From positions 1 to 64,000 of the IMG/VR virus record IMGVR_UViG_3300028888_001628: a stretch of 64,000 nt of DNA; one strand, 5' to 3'. The notes beneath the pieces were generated by a model. That model searched no databases. It was given only the letters and a program-made list of their open reading frames with translations, and was not told the origin of the DNA. Positions 18,976 through 28,595 of this stretch are shown in pieces. The stretch comes from a virus (Duplodnaviria > Caudoviricetes). Both the position numbers and the translations under genes were made by a program. Each line of letters starts with the position of its first letter. Positions within the stretch are counted from its first letter, which is position 1.

Positions 18976-19682
18976 ATAACAATCTTCTTTTAAGAAAGCG
19001 AATAAATTTTCCAAAACAGTATATAGAATTTCTACATTTCATTCATCCTCAATTTGAAATAGTTGAAGACATAGATTCGTATGATAATGGTATCTCTAAT
19101 GGAATTATCTATACTGGGAATTATTCAAACGATCTTATCGACAAACTAAATCGTTTTACCGATAATTGGATTATAGTTAATGCACATCACTTTGATGAAG
19201 ATCTCACCACTAATGACGGTTTAGTAAAAAACTTACTTCCACTACATTATATTAGAGCAAAGAATTTAAATAAAGATGGTTTTTCAATATATAATAATAT
19301 AAGTTATGATTTGCTTCTTGAGAAAGTAAAGAACTGTCTTATTAGTAATACGCAGTTGATTTTAGATGATTCTTCAGATGTATCTGTTTATAGTTTGTTT
19401 TCATCTATATTAGGTACACAAGATATTCTAAACAATGAATTTTTTAATCTTGTTAATAAAGACAACGTATCATTAGTAACCTCGTCTGTTTTAACATTTC
19501 TTAATAAAGTACAGACGCAAAACATTCGCGGATCATCTGCGCATTATGCGAATTTAATAATACAGTCGAATCGAAGATATGGAAAGAGAATTAAACAAGC
19601 GATTAGTAAATTTATAAAGTCAAAGTCAAACAAAGAAGTGTCTCTTTATAATTTATTAACAGATTTAAACAGGGTAAAGTGA
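18972..19682 (+). CDS. Hypothetical protein, possible clamp-loader accessory subunit
   Basis: Coupled to preceding gene; function from context only. Confidence 0.45.
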   Translation: MNNNLLLRKRINFPKQYIEFLHFIHPQFEIVEDIDSYDNGISNGIIYTGNYSNDLIDKLNRFTDNWIIVNAHHFDEDLTTNDGLVKNLLPLHYIRAKNLNKDGFSIYNNISYDLLLEKVKNCLISNTQLILDDSSDVSVYSLFSSILGTQDILNNEFFNLVNKDNVSLVTSSVLTFLNKVQTQNIRGSSAHYANLIIQSNRRYGKRIKQAISKFIKSKSNKEVSLYNLLTDLNRVK

Positions 19683-19684
19683 TT

Positions 19685-20119
19685 ATGACTAGACCAGTTG
19701 GATTGGAAAGTATTTATAAGTATATTTGCTCTTTAATAGAATCTATGGAAGTTATCCCGACAGCAGATAAACTTCCTGACTATCGAGAACTTCGAAGTTC
19801 ACCTGATAAATTCTATGAAATGTTTTCAGAAGCTACTTATAAATACAATGTTATTTGTGATTCATTACAAAAACTTCAGTACTCAAATGCAATGATTGTA
19901 AAAGCATTAAATGAATTAATGGGTGCTGAATGTAAAGAATCTTATAACGTTAAAAATCAGTACATTAAATCGTTTACCGGAATTAAGTCAGAGTGTAACG
20001 CACTTATTTCAGGTTATGAAACAGCGAAAGCATCTGCTGAATCAATAGTTAAGTTTTTTAATTCAGCGCAGTATATCATCTGCAGCAATCGCTTCGAAAG
20101 TACGTCAGCAAATTATTAA
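19685..20119 (+). CDS. Hypothetical helical protein (UvsY-like size)
   Basis: Coiled-coil character only. Confidence 0.5.
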   Translation: MTRPVGLESIYKYICSLIESMEVIPTADKLPDYRELRSSPDKFYEMFSEATYKYNVICDSLQKLQYSNAMIVKALNELMGAECKESYNVKNQYIKSFTGIKSECNALISGYETAKASAESIVKFFNSAQYIICSNRFESTSANY

Positions 20120-20224
20120 TAATATAAGACCTCTATAATAATAGAATAATTATAGAGGTTTGTTTGTCTATCTATAATAGAACTTTTCTATTGAAAATAA
20201 TTTTAGCTTAGAGATAAATTTTTG

Positions 20225-20290
20225 TTTACAAAACTAATTAGTTTAGTTATAATACACTCATAAATTAAATGGAAAATGGGTTCCATTTAA
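20225..20290 (+). promoter_or_regulatory. Promoter plus conserved leader hairpin
   Basis: TTTACA-17-TATAAT, TCATAAA, hairpin identical to 15091-15116. Confidence 0.85.
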
Positions 20291-20312
20291 TCATACAAGA
20301 AAGGTTAAAGAT

Positions 20313-20654
20313 ATGACAAACAGCGAAAAGCTCAATAAAACATTTCAAATTCGCAACTTCGTTGAATCATGGTTCTTCGATGAATTTTGTGCTAATAAAT
20401 ACAATTACTCACAAGATGAACTTGTAGATCATATCTGGAGCTTTTTCTCATACAGTAACGATATTGATTTAGAATCATGTTGCAAAGACGCTTCTGATAA
20501 AGGTTTTATTGTAGATAGTAATGATATTAAAAATTATCTTGCAGATTTTGCAGGTGATGTTGTGTTTAATATGTATGAAGATGACTTACTTCCAGATATG
20601 TATGCAAGTATGATTGAAGAGGATAAATATGACAAACGTTTTCTCAATAGTTAA
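20313..20654 (+). CDS. Acidic hypothetical early protein
   Basis: First ORF after promoter; D/E and aromatic rich. Confidence 0.65.
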   Translation: MTNSEKLNKTFQIRNFVESWFFDEFCANKYNYSQDELVDHIWSFFSYSNDIDLESCCKDASDKGFIVDSNDIKNYLADFAGDVVFNMYEDDLLPDMYASMIEEDKYDKRFLNS

Positions 20655-21045
20655 TTTCTCATTAAGCGCTGACGAAAATAATAAGCAGTTTACGAAAAGC
20701 TCATTGCAAAAAGCAGTGAGTAAAACTGCTTGGCAGATATTAAATGAGATTAATTGTTTTAAGTATGAAAACTATGTTCCGAGTAATTATGATACACCAT
20801 TTGATAAGCAAAGTGTCATTGTGATTGTTAGATCTAATGATGGTTTAGTACTCGATAAATTCGGCCGTCATTTTGGGTACAACGAATGGATTGCACTTAA
20901 AGAGATATGTAGAAAGTTTTTAAAGAGAGGTAGACGCCCTGAAGAATTTGTTTTATTATTTATGACAGAAGCAGACTACAAAACTGCAAGAAAAGCTGAT
21001 GACAACACAGGCAGGTTATTCTTCGACATAGGAGCTTGCAAATGA
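20629..21045 (+). CDS. Hypothetical protein
   Basis: GAGGA RBS before MTNVF. Confidence 0.6.
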   Translation: MTNVFSIVNFSLSADENNKQFTKSSLQKAVSKTAWQILNEINCFKYENYVPSNYDTPFDKQSVIVIVRSNDGLVLDKFGRHFGYNEWIALKEICRKFLKRGRRPEEFVLLFMTEADYKTARKADDNTGRLFFDIGACK

Positions 21046-21278
21046 GTGAATTTTACACTGTAGAAATTCCATACGAATCATTAAATTTTAACACATGGGT
21101 ACCATACACTGGAGAAATGACTGGCATAAATGATTGGTGGAACAGTTCACCATGTAAATACAACTCTGTTGATGACGCTTTCGCTGCAATTAAAGCTGAT
21201 TCTAATTTCTCTAACTGTCATTGGAGAATTGTAAAGAATGTGACAATAACTGAAATAGTTAAAGAAAATATTTTATAA
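21042..21278 (+). CDS. Hypothetical protein
   Basis: AGGAG RBS, ATGA overlap. Confidence 0.6.
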   Translation: MSEFYTVEIPYESLNFNTWVPYTGEMTGINDWWNSSPCKYNSVDDAFAAIKADSNFSNCHWRIVKNVTITEIVKENIL

Positions 21279-21291
21279 TATAAAATAAATA

Positions 21292-21342
21292 TTTACATTA
21301 ATTTTAAAGTGTATTATATTAGTATAGTTGAAAGGATCAACT
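21292..21342 (+). promoter_or_regulatory. Sigma70-like promoter with AAGGA-loop leader hairpin
   Basis: TTTACA-17-TATATT, AGTTGA-AAGGA-TCAACT. Confidence 0.6.
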
Positions 21343-21358
21343 CAATAAGGAGCTTATA

Positions 21359-22234
21359 ATGATTAAATTTTCGTCATCAAAATCTAGTGCTATTCGCGAT
21401 ATTGAAAACACTTATAAAATTAATCTCACTACTTGTACAAAAGAACAGTTAGATCGATTAACTTCTAGTCACAATAACACGCATAGAGTTAAAAAATTAT
21501 GTGATCTCATGTTAAATTGTAAGCAGTTTGATTTAGATAATATGACACCTATTGAGAGATCTAATTTGAAGTATCTTGTTATGTCAACAGATGAACTTCT
21601 AACTACTCTTAAAAAGAAAGCCTCAAGTATTTACTACAAACCACGTGAAGCGAGACTTCGTTGGCTGATGTCTTTTAATGACTTTTATCAGATATGTGCA
21701 TATAAATTGTTACTTAATGATGGAATTCTTCGATTTAATGCGAACTATAAATTAGACCCAGCTATTCATTGCTGGTTACTTCGTACAGCTATGTGGCAGT
21801 CTTATAAGAGGCCTACTAGACCAGATGAAATAACTGTCTTGGATAAACCGTGCGGTGATGATACAAATACTACTATAGGTGATCTTATTCTTAAAGATGA
21901 TGAGATTGGTATTCACAATAACTTTGATTCAGATAAACGAATTGAATGGATTTTGTCAAAGATGGATAAGACGCCTCATAATAAAATCGTATTAAAAGCT
22001 AATGATACGGTAGTTCCATTCAGTGAATATTTGTTTGCAAAACTGTTTATCATTCACCAACTAGGTAAAAAAGAACTTTCTAAAATGATGTATAACTCAT
22101 CAAATGATAAGTTAGTTAGTAATCAAATATTTAATAAGTTTTACAAGAAAGTTATGACACATATAGCAACACTTTTAAATGAAGAAGCAAACGAATGCGG
22201 TGAGACATTTAGTATTAATGAGGACGATCTGTAA
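21359..22234 (+). CDS. Putative phage sigma70-like factor
   Basis: LDKPCGDDTNTTIGDLI matches sigma region 3.2 pattern; region-2-like RFN..YKLDPAIHCW. Confidence 0.55.
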   Translation: MIKFSSSKSSAIRDIENTYKINLTTCTKEQLDRLTSSHNNTHRVKKLCDLMLNCKQFDLDNMTPIERSNLKYLVMSTDELLTTLKKKASSIYYKPREARLRWLMSFNDFYQICAYKLLLNDGILRFNANYKLDPAIHCWLLRTAMWQSYKRPTRPDEITVLDKPCGDDTNTTIGDLILKDDEIGIHNNFDSDKRIEWILSKMDKTPHNKIVLKANDTVVPFSEYLFAKLFIIHQLGKKELSKMMYNSSNDKLVSNQIFNKFYKKVMTHIATLLNEEANECGETFSINEDDL

Positions 22235-22235
22235 T

Positions 22236-22751
22236 ATGTCGTGGAATATTTATTTATTTGCAGAAATTTCTTCAGACAGTATGAAAACATGGAAGCCACT
22301 TACTGATAAATGTGTATGTGACAATTTTAAATATTATGATAACGACTTCTATGATTCATTACCATATATGAAAGTATCTGATTCATCTCATCCATCTGTA
22401 AATAGTTTTGCAGATACAGATAAAGTAAAATTTTGCACTTTGACAGAACTGCGTAATCATTATAATAAAATTATTGAGAGTATTTTAACGAGATTTAGAT
22501 CATTGTATTTAGCGTTAGGTGTTTCAACGTCTGTAATATGTGCCGATTATTCAGAATATGAAGACAGTGGAAATGATGATTCTTGGATTAAGCGTATGAC
22601 TTTTCCTGTTAATAAAGAACTTTTGTATGATGCAGCTTTATCACTAAGTGTTTATAACAAAGCATCTGAAGTAATCGGTATCTGTAATACGCTTGATAAT
22701 CTTAAAAATGATTATAATGATGAGATACGTTTAACTTTTATACCTATGTAG
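22236..22751 (+). CDS. Hypothetical protein
   Basis: GAGG RBS before MSWNIYLFAE. Confidence 0.65.
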   Translation: MSWNIYLFAEISSDSMKTWKPLTDKCVCDNFKYYDNDFYDSLPYMKVSDSSHPSVNSFADTDKVKFCTLTELRNHYNKIIESILTRFRSLYLALGVSTSVICADYSEYEDSGNDDSWIKRMTFPVNKELLYDAALSLSVYNKASEVIGICNTLDNLKNDYNDEIRLTFIPM

Positions 22752-22799
22752 AAATTTGTATATTATAATAGTTAATTGAACAGCGTAAGGAGTTTTAAT

Positions 22800-23843
22800 A
22801 TGACTATTGAAAGTTACAGTTTAGTAGAACATTTCGATTATATGTGTAAATGTGTTCCTCAACCTTTTATGATTCCAAGCGATACAGTTAAATCATTCTC
22901 TGTTAGAATTAATGAAGGTTGTGAGAGGGATTATTGTATCGAGACTAATAAAAATGTTTATACATTAACACTACAATCAGTTAGAAAGCTTGTAGACACT
23001 CTCGGAATTAAATCTAAACTTCTTAATCAGGTTTGTTCTGAAACAGATGTCTTTGATTTAACTGTACCGATTATTAATAAGTTACTGAAATGCTTTTCAG
23101 ACTGCTTTGTGTTTTATGCTACTGACGATGATGCACTCACTATAATCGATCTAAATGTAAATATGGTTAAGGGTGAAGAAGGCACAAAGTATGAATTAGG
23201 ACCTAGTCCGTGGACTGTTGATGTATCAAGCTCACCTTCTTCATTTACTTGTTTTGCTGACTTTAAGGGTAAATATAGTATTGACGATAAAAATGATACA
23301 AATCTTCTTGTTAAGGCAGAAGATCTTATGCAAGGCACAAATGTAAATTTTGCACTTTTTAAAACAGTAGTCGGTGCTAATTTGCAACCAATGCTAGTAT
23401 TTAGTAGCAAATTTACTAATATGAAAGGTTTCTCTGATATTCATCCAATGTTATATGATGAGGTATCAGACACAAAGATAGTATTCCCTATTAATTATGC
23501 AAAAGATTCAGAAGCTACTATGAATGACTTGCTTAGAAAAGTAACTCATTTATACGAGTCAACAGATATGAATGACTTTATTTTTAGAGAGGTAAATGAG
23601 CTTGCTTCATCTGATGATACACCTAACCCAGTGAAAGCATTTATTGCTGATATTTTAGTAAATAGCGTTATAAATCTTAACCAACCTGTTAAAGATATTC
23701 TTACTGAATCTGTAACTATTACAAATAATATGAAGCCATCAAAGAAAGCTAAATTTAAAAAGCAACTTGGTGCTTTACTTGGTTGGTGTTTTGTGGCTAA
23801 ACACGCGTGTTGCGAACATTGTGGTCACATGGATATCAACTAA
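22800..23843 (+). CDS. Hypothetical protein with C-terminal CxxC
   Basis: AAGGAG RBS; long ORF. Confidence 0.7.
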   Translation: MTIESYSLVEHFDYMCKCVPQPFMIPSDTVKSFSVRINEGCERDYCIETNKNVYTLTLQSVRKLVDTLGIKSKLLNQVCSETDVFDLTVPIINKLLKCFSDCFVFYATDDDALTIIDLNVNMVKGEEGTKYELGPSPWTVDVSSSPSSFTCFADFKGKYSIDDKNDTNLLVKAEDLMQGTNVNFALFKTVVGANLQPMLVFSSKFTNMKGFSDIHPMLYDEVSDTKIVFPINYAKDSEATMNDLLRKVTHLYESTDMNDFIFREVNELASSDDTPNPVKAFIADILVNSVINLNQPVKDILTESVTITNNMKPSKKAKFKKQLGALLGWCFVAKHACCEHCGHMDIN

Positions 23844-23870
23844 ATAATAAATAACAGTAAGGTCTCTGAG

Positions 23871-24122
23871 ATGGAAAAAGAATTTTATTTGTATAAAATA
23901 GATCCTGACGGAAATGGTGAAATATATGGAAAGTTTCCAAATCTTATGATGGCCAAAATGTCAGCAGATCTATTACTAATAAAAGACTATTGTTTTATTC
24001 TATCAGGTGATCTTACTAAGATTTATTTTTATGAAAACGGTATTTGGGATTATGATATAATTACTGATAAAGGTAAACTTGATTTTTTGGATATCTATCC
24101 TAATCCACATGATTATAAATGA
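23871..24122 (+). CDS. Hypothetical protein
   Basis: Operon packing. Confidence 0.6.
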   Translation: MEKEFYLYKIDPDGNGEIYGKFPNLMMAKMSADLLLIKDYCFILSGDLTKIYFYENGIWDYDIITDKGKLDFLDIYPNPHDYK

Positions 24123-24130
24123 GGTAATAA

Positions 24131-24628
24131 ATGAAACGAAAACTTACATTAGAAGAACGTGTTGCAAAACTAGAAAAAGCACTAAAACTTGAGTATCGTG
24201 ACGTTGAATATACAGAATATTATCCTAAGTATAGTAAAGCCGTATTTGCACGGCTACTTGACGATAAAACTGTTAATCCTACTGGCGCAGAATGGAAAGA
24301 TTTTCAAAAATCAATAGAAGCTGATGGTCTACGAGTCTCTGGTCCAGCTAATCTTGTTGATTCTCTTGATGTAGAGTGCCCAGAAGCTGAAGCTATTATT
24401 AAGAAAGCTGAACAAGAAGTTGCAAAAGTGCTTAAAAATGATAAAGTAGAAGTGGATGTGGTTCAGCAGAAAAACAAACACCTTATTGAAATTTGGGTTA
24501 TTGAAGACACTATGGATCAGTATAACAAAGATAATGATCCAGATTTATTTGCACAAGATTATTATGGTGGTCGTCGATTCTATGGTGGCGATAGATACGG
24601 CACATACGGCTATCATCGAAAATGGTAA
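24131..24628 (+). CDS. Leader-family protein (putative internal virion protein)
   Basis: LEERVAKLEKALKLE leader. Confidence 0.6.
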   Translation: MKRKLTLEERVAKLEKALKLEYRDVEYTEYYPKYSKAVFARLLDDKTVNPTGAEWKDFQKSIEADGLRVSGPANLVDSLDVECPEAEAIIKKAEQEVAKVLKNDKVEVDVVQQKNKHLIEIWVIEDTMDQYNKDNDPDLFAQDYYGGRRFYGGDRYGTYGYHRKW

Positions 24629-24718
24629 TTTAAAATATAACTAAAATGTAATAAACCCCACTATTATCAAATATAATAGTTGGGTTTATTTGTATATAAT
24701 TAATAGTGAGTTTATTGT

Positions 24719-26686
24719 ATGAGCAAAAAGAATACTAAGGTAGCAAAGTTAATAAAACTTTTAACAGGTGATAATAAAGTTGAACAGATTGCGAATGTAA
24801 TCGATAAAGTACAAGTAAAAGAGTACGAGCAGATAAGGCCTATAGTTCCAATAGAGAAATGGATAAACGATCAGTATTATGTTGGGAAAGACTGTGTTGA
24901 TAAATTATATCCTTTTTGGAAGGATCTCATCTGTGAAATATTTGGTGGTGGAAAGCAAAATTATAATCAGATAGTTTTAACGGGTGGTATCGGTACAGGT
25001 AAATCAACTTGTGGATTGTATATAGTTCTAAGAAAGTTGTATGAACTATCTTGTTATGAAAATGTTGCAGGTCTATTTGGTTTAATGTCAAATACTATGA
25101 CAGCATTTTTGTATTTTTCTCTAACTAAGTATCAGGCTGAGCGATCAGGGTTTTCGCAGTTAAGATCCATTATAGATGGTGTCCCATACTTTAAAGAATT
25201 ATTTAAACGTAATCAATATAGAAATTCTACATTAGACTTTCCAGAGAACATCCGTATTTTTTACGGTTCATCTACATCTGATATGATTGGTCTTAACTGT
25301 ATTAGTGCAGTTATTGACGAGGCTAACTTCTTTGGTGATAGCTCAGGTTCTGAAGTTGATTTAGGATCAGTAGAAGAATTATACAATGCAGTTCTATCAA
25401 GAACGTCTTCGCGTTTTACTTCAAATGGTGTTAATAACTCGCTCAATTTAGTTATATCTTCATCTACATTTAAAACGTCAATGACTTCTAAATTATATGA
25501 GAAGTCACTAACAGATCCTTCTATTAAATATGCAAGAGCAAGGCTATGGGATATTAAACCTAAAGGCACATATAAAGATGAGACATTCTTTGTATTTGCA
25601 GGCAATGATAAATTTGATCCATTTATAATAAATGATGTATCTGATCTCAGTGTTAAATTAGGTATTAGTTTAGACCCTAGTTTATCTATGAAAGAAGCTA
25701 TCTCTAAACTATCACAAGAATACAGAAATCTCATTGACGAAGTACCTATTGATTTTTACCCAAACTATGCAAATAATGTATCACAGGCGCTTCAAGATTT
25801 CTCTGGTATGTCAGTCTCTTCTACTGGAAGATTATTCTCTTCAAGATCAACTTTTGAGGCTTGCATAGATCCTTCTGTACAGCCGTTATTTACTAAGGAT
25901 GAGTTTGTTGTAGAGACGTGTAATAATGAACCTTCTAACTGCATACAGTATTATTTAAATGGCATAGAATTTCCACACAAAGAATGTCCAAGATATTTGC
26001 ACATAGATATTGGCGTTGCAAACGACGCCTACGGTATTGCTTGTTGTTATAAATATGGAAGTAAAGTTATAGATGGTGTTGAATCACCTGAGTTTTACTA
26101 TGACTTTGTTTTACGAATAGTCCCACCTGCACCACCGAAACGAGTGTCTATTTCAAGATGCCATGAGTTCATTAAATATATGAGAGACACACTTGGATTA
26201 AGAATAGGTTTAATCTCATTCGACCAATTTCAAAGTGAAGCAAGTAGACAGTATCTCTCTGAGAATGGTTTTAACGTTGCTTATCAGAGTGTAGATAAAA
26301 CTGATACACAGTACTTATTCTTTGTAGATTGTTTATATAAAGGTGTGGTTCATTTCAGTCAAGAATTTGCAGATTCTATTAAGAAAGAATTATTCGAACT
26401 TATCTGGTATAAGGCAAAACATAAGGTAGACCACCCAGGATCCACAAAGACTGGTGGTATGAAAGACCGCTGCGACGGTGTTGTTGGTGCATTATATAAT
26501 GCTTACACTTCTAAAGAAGCTGTTTTCGACCCATCTGACATTCTGAATCTTTCTAAATTTAACAATGAATTTGATCTAGCGCCTAGTGTAGATGATTTTA
26601 ATGATAATTTATTAAATGGAATAAAGCGAGTGTCTTTGGATGAGATAGATGATATATCGCCATATCTTAATAGAGATAATATTTAA
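24719..26686 (+). CDS. terL: Terminase large subunit
   Basis: GGIGTGKS Walker A, VIDEANF Walker B, HIDIG, SFDQFQS, KVDHP...KDRCD nuclease. Confidence 0.92.
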   Translation: MSKKNTKVAKLIKLLTGDNKVEQIANVIDKVQVKEYEQIRPIVPIEKWINDQYYVGKDCVDKLYPFWKDLICEIFGGGKQNYNQIVLTGGIGTGKSTCGLYIVLRKLYELSCYENVAGLFGLMSNTMTAFLYFSLTKYQAERSGFSQLRSIIDGVPYFKELFKRNQYRNSTLDFPENIRIFYGSSTSDMIGLNCISAVIDEANFFGDSSGSEVDLGSVEELYNAVLSRTSSRFTSNGVNNSLNLVISSSTFKTSMTSKLYEKSLTDPSIKYARARLWDIKPKGTYKDETFFVFAGNDKFDPFIINDVSDLSVKLGISLDPSLSMKEAISKLSQEYRNLIDEVPIDFYPNYANNVSQALQDFSGMSVSSTGRLFSSRSTFEACIDPSVQPLFTKDEFVVETCNNEPSNCIQYYLNGIEFPHKECPRYLHIDIGVANDAYGIACCYKYGSKVIDGVESPEFYYDFVLRIVPPAPPKRVSISRCHEFIKYMRDTLGLRIGLISFDQFQSEASRQYLSENGFNVAYQSVDKTDTQYLFFVDCLYKGVVHFSQEFADSIKKELFELIWYKAKHKVDHPGSTKTGGMKDRCDGVVGALYNAYTSKEAVFDPSDILNLSKFNNEFDLAPSVDDFNDNLLNGIKRVSLDEIDDISPYLNRDNI

Positions 26687-26797
26687 CACTATCTAAATTC
26701 ATATAAACCATCTATTTAATTTTAAATAGATGGTTTTGTATTATCTATTATATAGTAAATATTCTTTGTAGTGTGTAAATTATTTTGAGGCTATAAG

Positions 26798-28579
26798 ATG
26801 GGTTTATTAGATAATTATAAATTACAAAAAAGATTAGAAAAATTAGAGTATCTTATATACGAAAAAACATCTTGGAGAGGTGAGCCGTCAAAAGCGTATT
26901 TAATTTGGAAATACTTAATGGACAATGGACCGTCATCCACAAGCACATTAAAAAGAGAATTTCCACCTAAAATATCATCTGATACGGCGATAAAGTTCTT
27001 TGTTGATAATAATCTGTTATACAAAAATGGTGATACAGTATCTGCTAATGCAGATTACAGTTGGGATGATGTTGGAGTTATACCTAGAACTGCCCAGCAA
27101 GAGCAAATAATCAATACCATGAATGATAACTCTAGCGTAGAAGAAGAGCCAGTACAACCACGAACTAGGACACCTCGCGCTAGACAAGTAAAACAGAATT
27201 TATTTTCTAAGAAATTAGAAGAAGTAAAAGCAGCTGTTGAAGCTGGTCAAGATGTAAATCAAGAAAATGATAAAGAACAAACTCCATTAATGTTTGCTTT
27301 AAACGCTAAAAATGCAGATAATCTAGACATTATTCAGTATTTATTACAGAACGGGGCAGATATTACCAGTACATATAGAGGCTATGATGCCTATGGATTA
27401 GCATGTAAAAATAATAAAGAAGAAGCTGCTAGAATTATATTAATTAATGATACATATAGTACTATTACTAAACCAATGTATTTATTTTCACGTATTAATG
27501 GTGGAACGCCTAGTGATAGTGAGTTTGTAATGGTAGCTTCTACTAAAGAAAGAGGTGCTTTTGATTCATCAACGCATCTATTATATTATAGAATATTTTT
27601 GTATGGTACAATTACGTTAGATCAATATGAACAAGCTATTTCTACAATAATTAATAATAGTAACATTGATAACGGCGTATCTGGGTTGGCATTAAACGGT
27701 GAATTTGAAAGAAATATATTTAACACGTATAAATGTTTTGCTGATAAGTATCATAGATTGCCAGTAACATTTTTAAATCAAATTGAGCGGTTTTCTATTA
27801 ATATAAAGAGAAATCTTCTTGAATACTTCAAAAAAGCTTTAGATGGTAAATTACGATCTTCATTAGGTATCTCTGATTTTATTGATCAGTATACTTATTT
27901 ATGTAATGAGCTTAATGAGCAACCAGATTTAAGTAATGTTTTTTCATCAGAAATTCTTCGTAATCAAACTGAAACACAAATACGCCGTCTCATTTCTAAT
28001 TTAGTTCATAATAACGATGTATCGACTCTTAGAAAGATAGTAAACTCCGGTGTTAAAATTAGTTTGAGTGCAGCTATAGATGAGTGCAGCTCTGTAAGTG
28101 ATGATAATATAGCTAGACTAATATTAAAGTTAGCTAACAAAGAACGACCAAGCGTTTACGATTTTAGATCTGTAGCACAGTCTAAAAATAAATATTTAGT
28201 TGAATACTTTATTGATAATGGTTACGCTGAAGATATTATGTATGAATGTATTTCTAGTATTGTAACTGGTGATTCTTTATGTATAAAAGTTCTTATAGAT
28301 AATGGTTATGAATTTCCACGTGGAGAAGAAGTCTCTAATTTTAGAAGTAATGTACGTAATAAAAGAAATATACAGAATTATATCGATAAAATAGTAGCTG
28401 GTATTAATAGAGATGAAATAAATAGAGATTTATTAACAGCTATTGAGCAAAACACTGATATTATGAATAGTAAAGAAATAGCTAATGCTATTAAAAATAA
28501 TGATAACGTGACGTCTAGACAGATTCAAAGAATACTAGATAGAAATAACGTTTCACAGTCAGATACTTACGATATGTAA
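26798..28579 (+). CDS. Leader + wHTH-like + ankyrin-repeat protein, paralog 1
   Basis: LQKRLEKLEYLIYE; GQDVN...TPLMFA...LLQNGADI. Confidence 0.8.
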   Translation: MGLLDNYKLQKRLEKLEYLIYEKTSWRGEPSKAYLIWKYLMDNGPSSTSTLKREFPPKISSDTAIKFFVDNNLLYKNGDTVSANADYSWDDVGVIPRTAQQEQIINTMNDNSSVEEEPVQPRTRTPRARQVKQNLFSKKLEEVKAAVEAGQDVNQENDKEQTPLMFALNAKNADNLDIIQYLLQNGADITSTYRGYDAYGLACKNNKEEAARIILINDTYSTITKPMYLFSRINGGTPSDSEFVMVASTKERGAFDSSTHLLYYRIFLYGTITLDQYEQAISTIINNSNIDNGVSGLALNGEFERNIFNTYKCFADKYHRLPVTFLNQIERFSINIKRNLLEYFKKALDGKLRSSLGISDFIDQYTYLCNELNEQPDLSNVFSSEILRNQTETQIRRLISNLVHNNDVSTLRKIVNSGVKISLSAAIDECSSVSDDNIARLILKLANKERPSVYDFRSVAQSKNKYLVEYFIDNGYAEDIMYECISSIVTGDSLCIKVLIDNGYEFPRGEEVSNFRSNVRNKRNIQNYIDKIVAGINRDEINRDLLTAIEQNTDIMNSKEIANAIKNNDNVTSRQIQRILDRNNVSQSDTYDM

Positions 28580-28595
28580 TTATATGGAGTGCAGC

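Noticed and set aside
14372-20290. CRISPR array from the repeated hairpins
   Set aside because: Copies are hundreds to thousands of bases apart, each tied to a promoter; no cas genes
24719-26686. Intein or intron in terminase (also RecA, DnaX)
   Set aside because: Normal lengths, no splicing motifs
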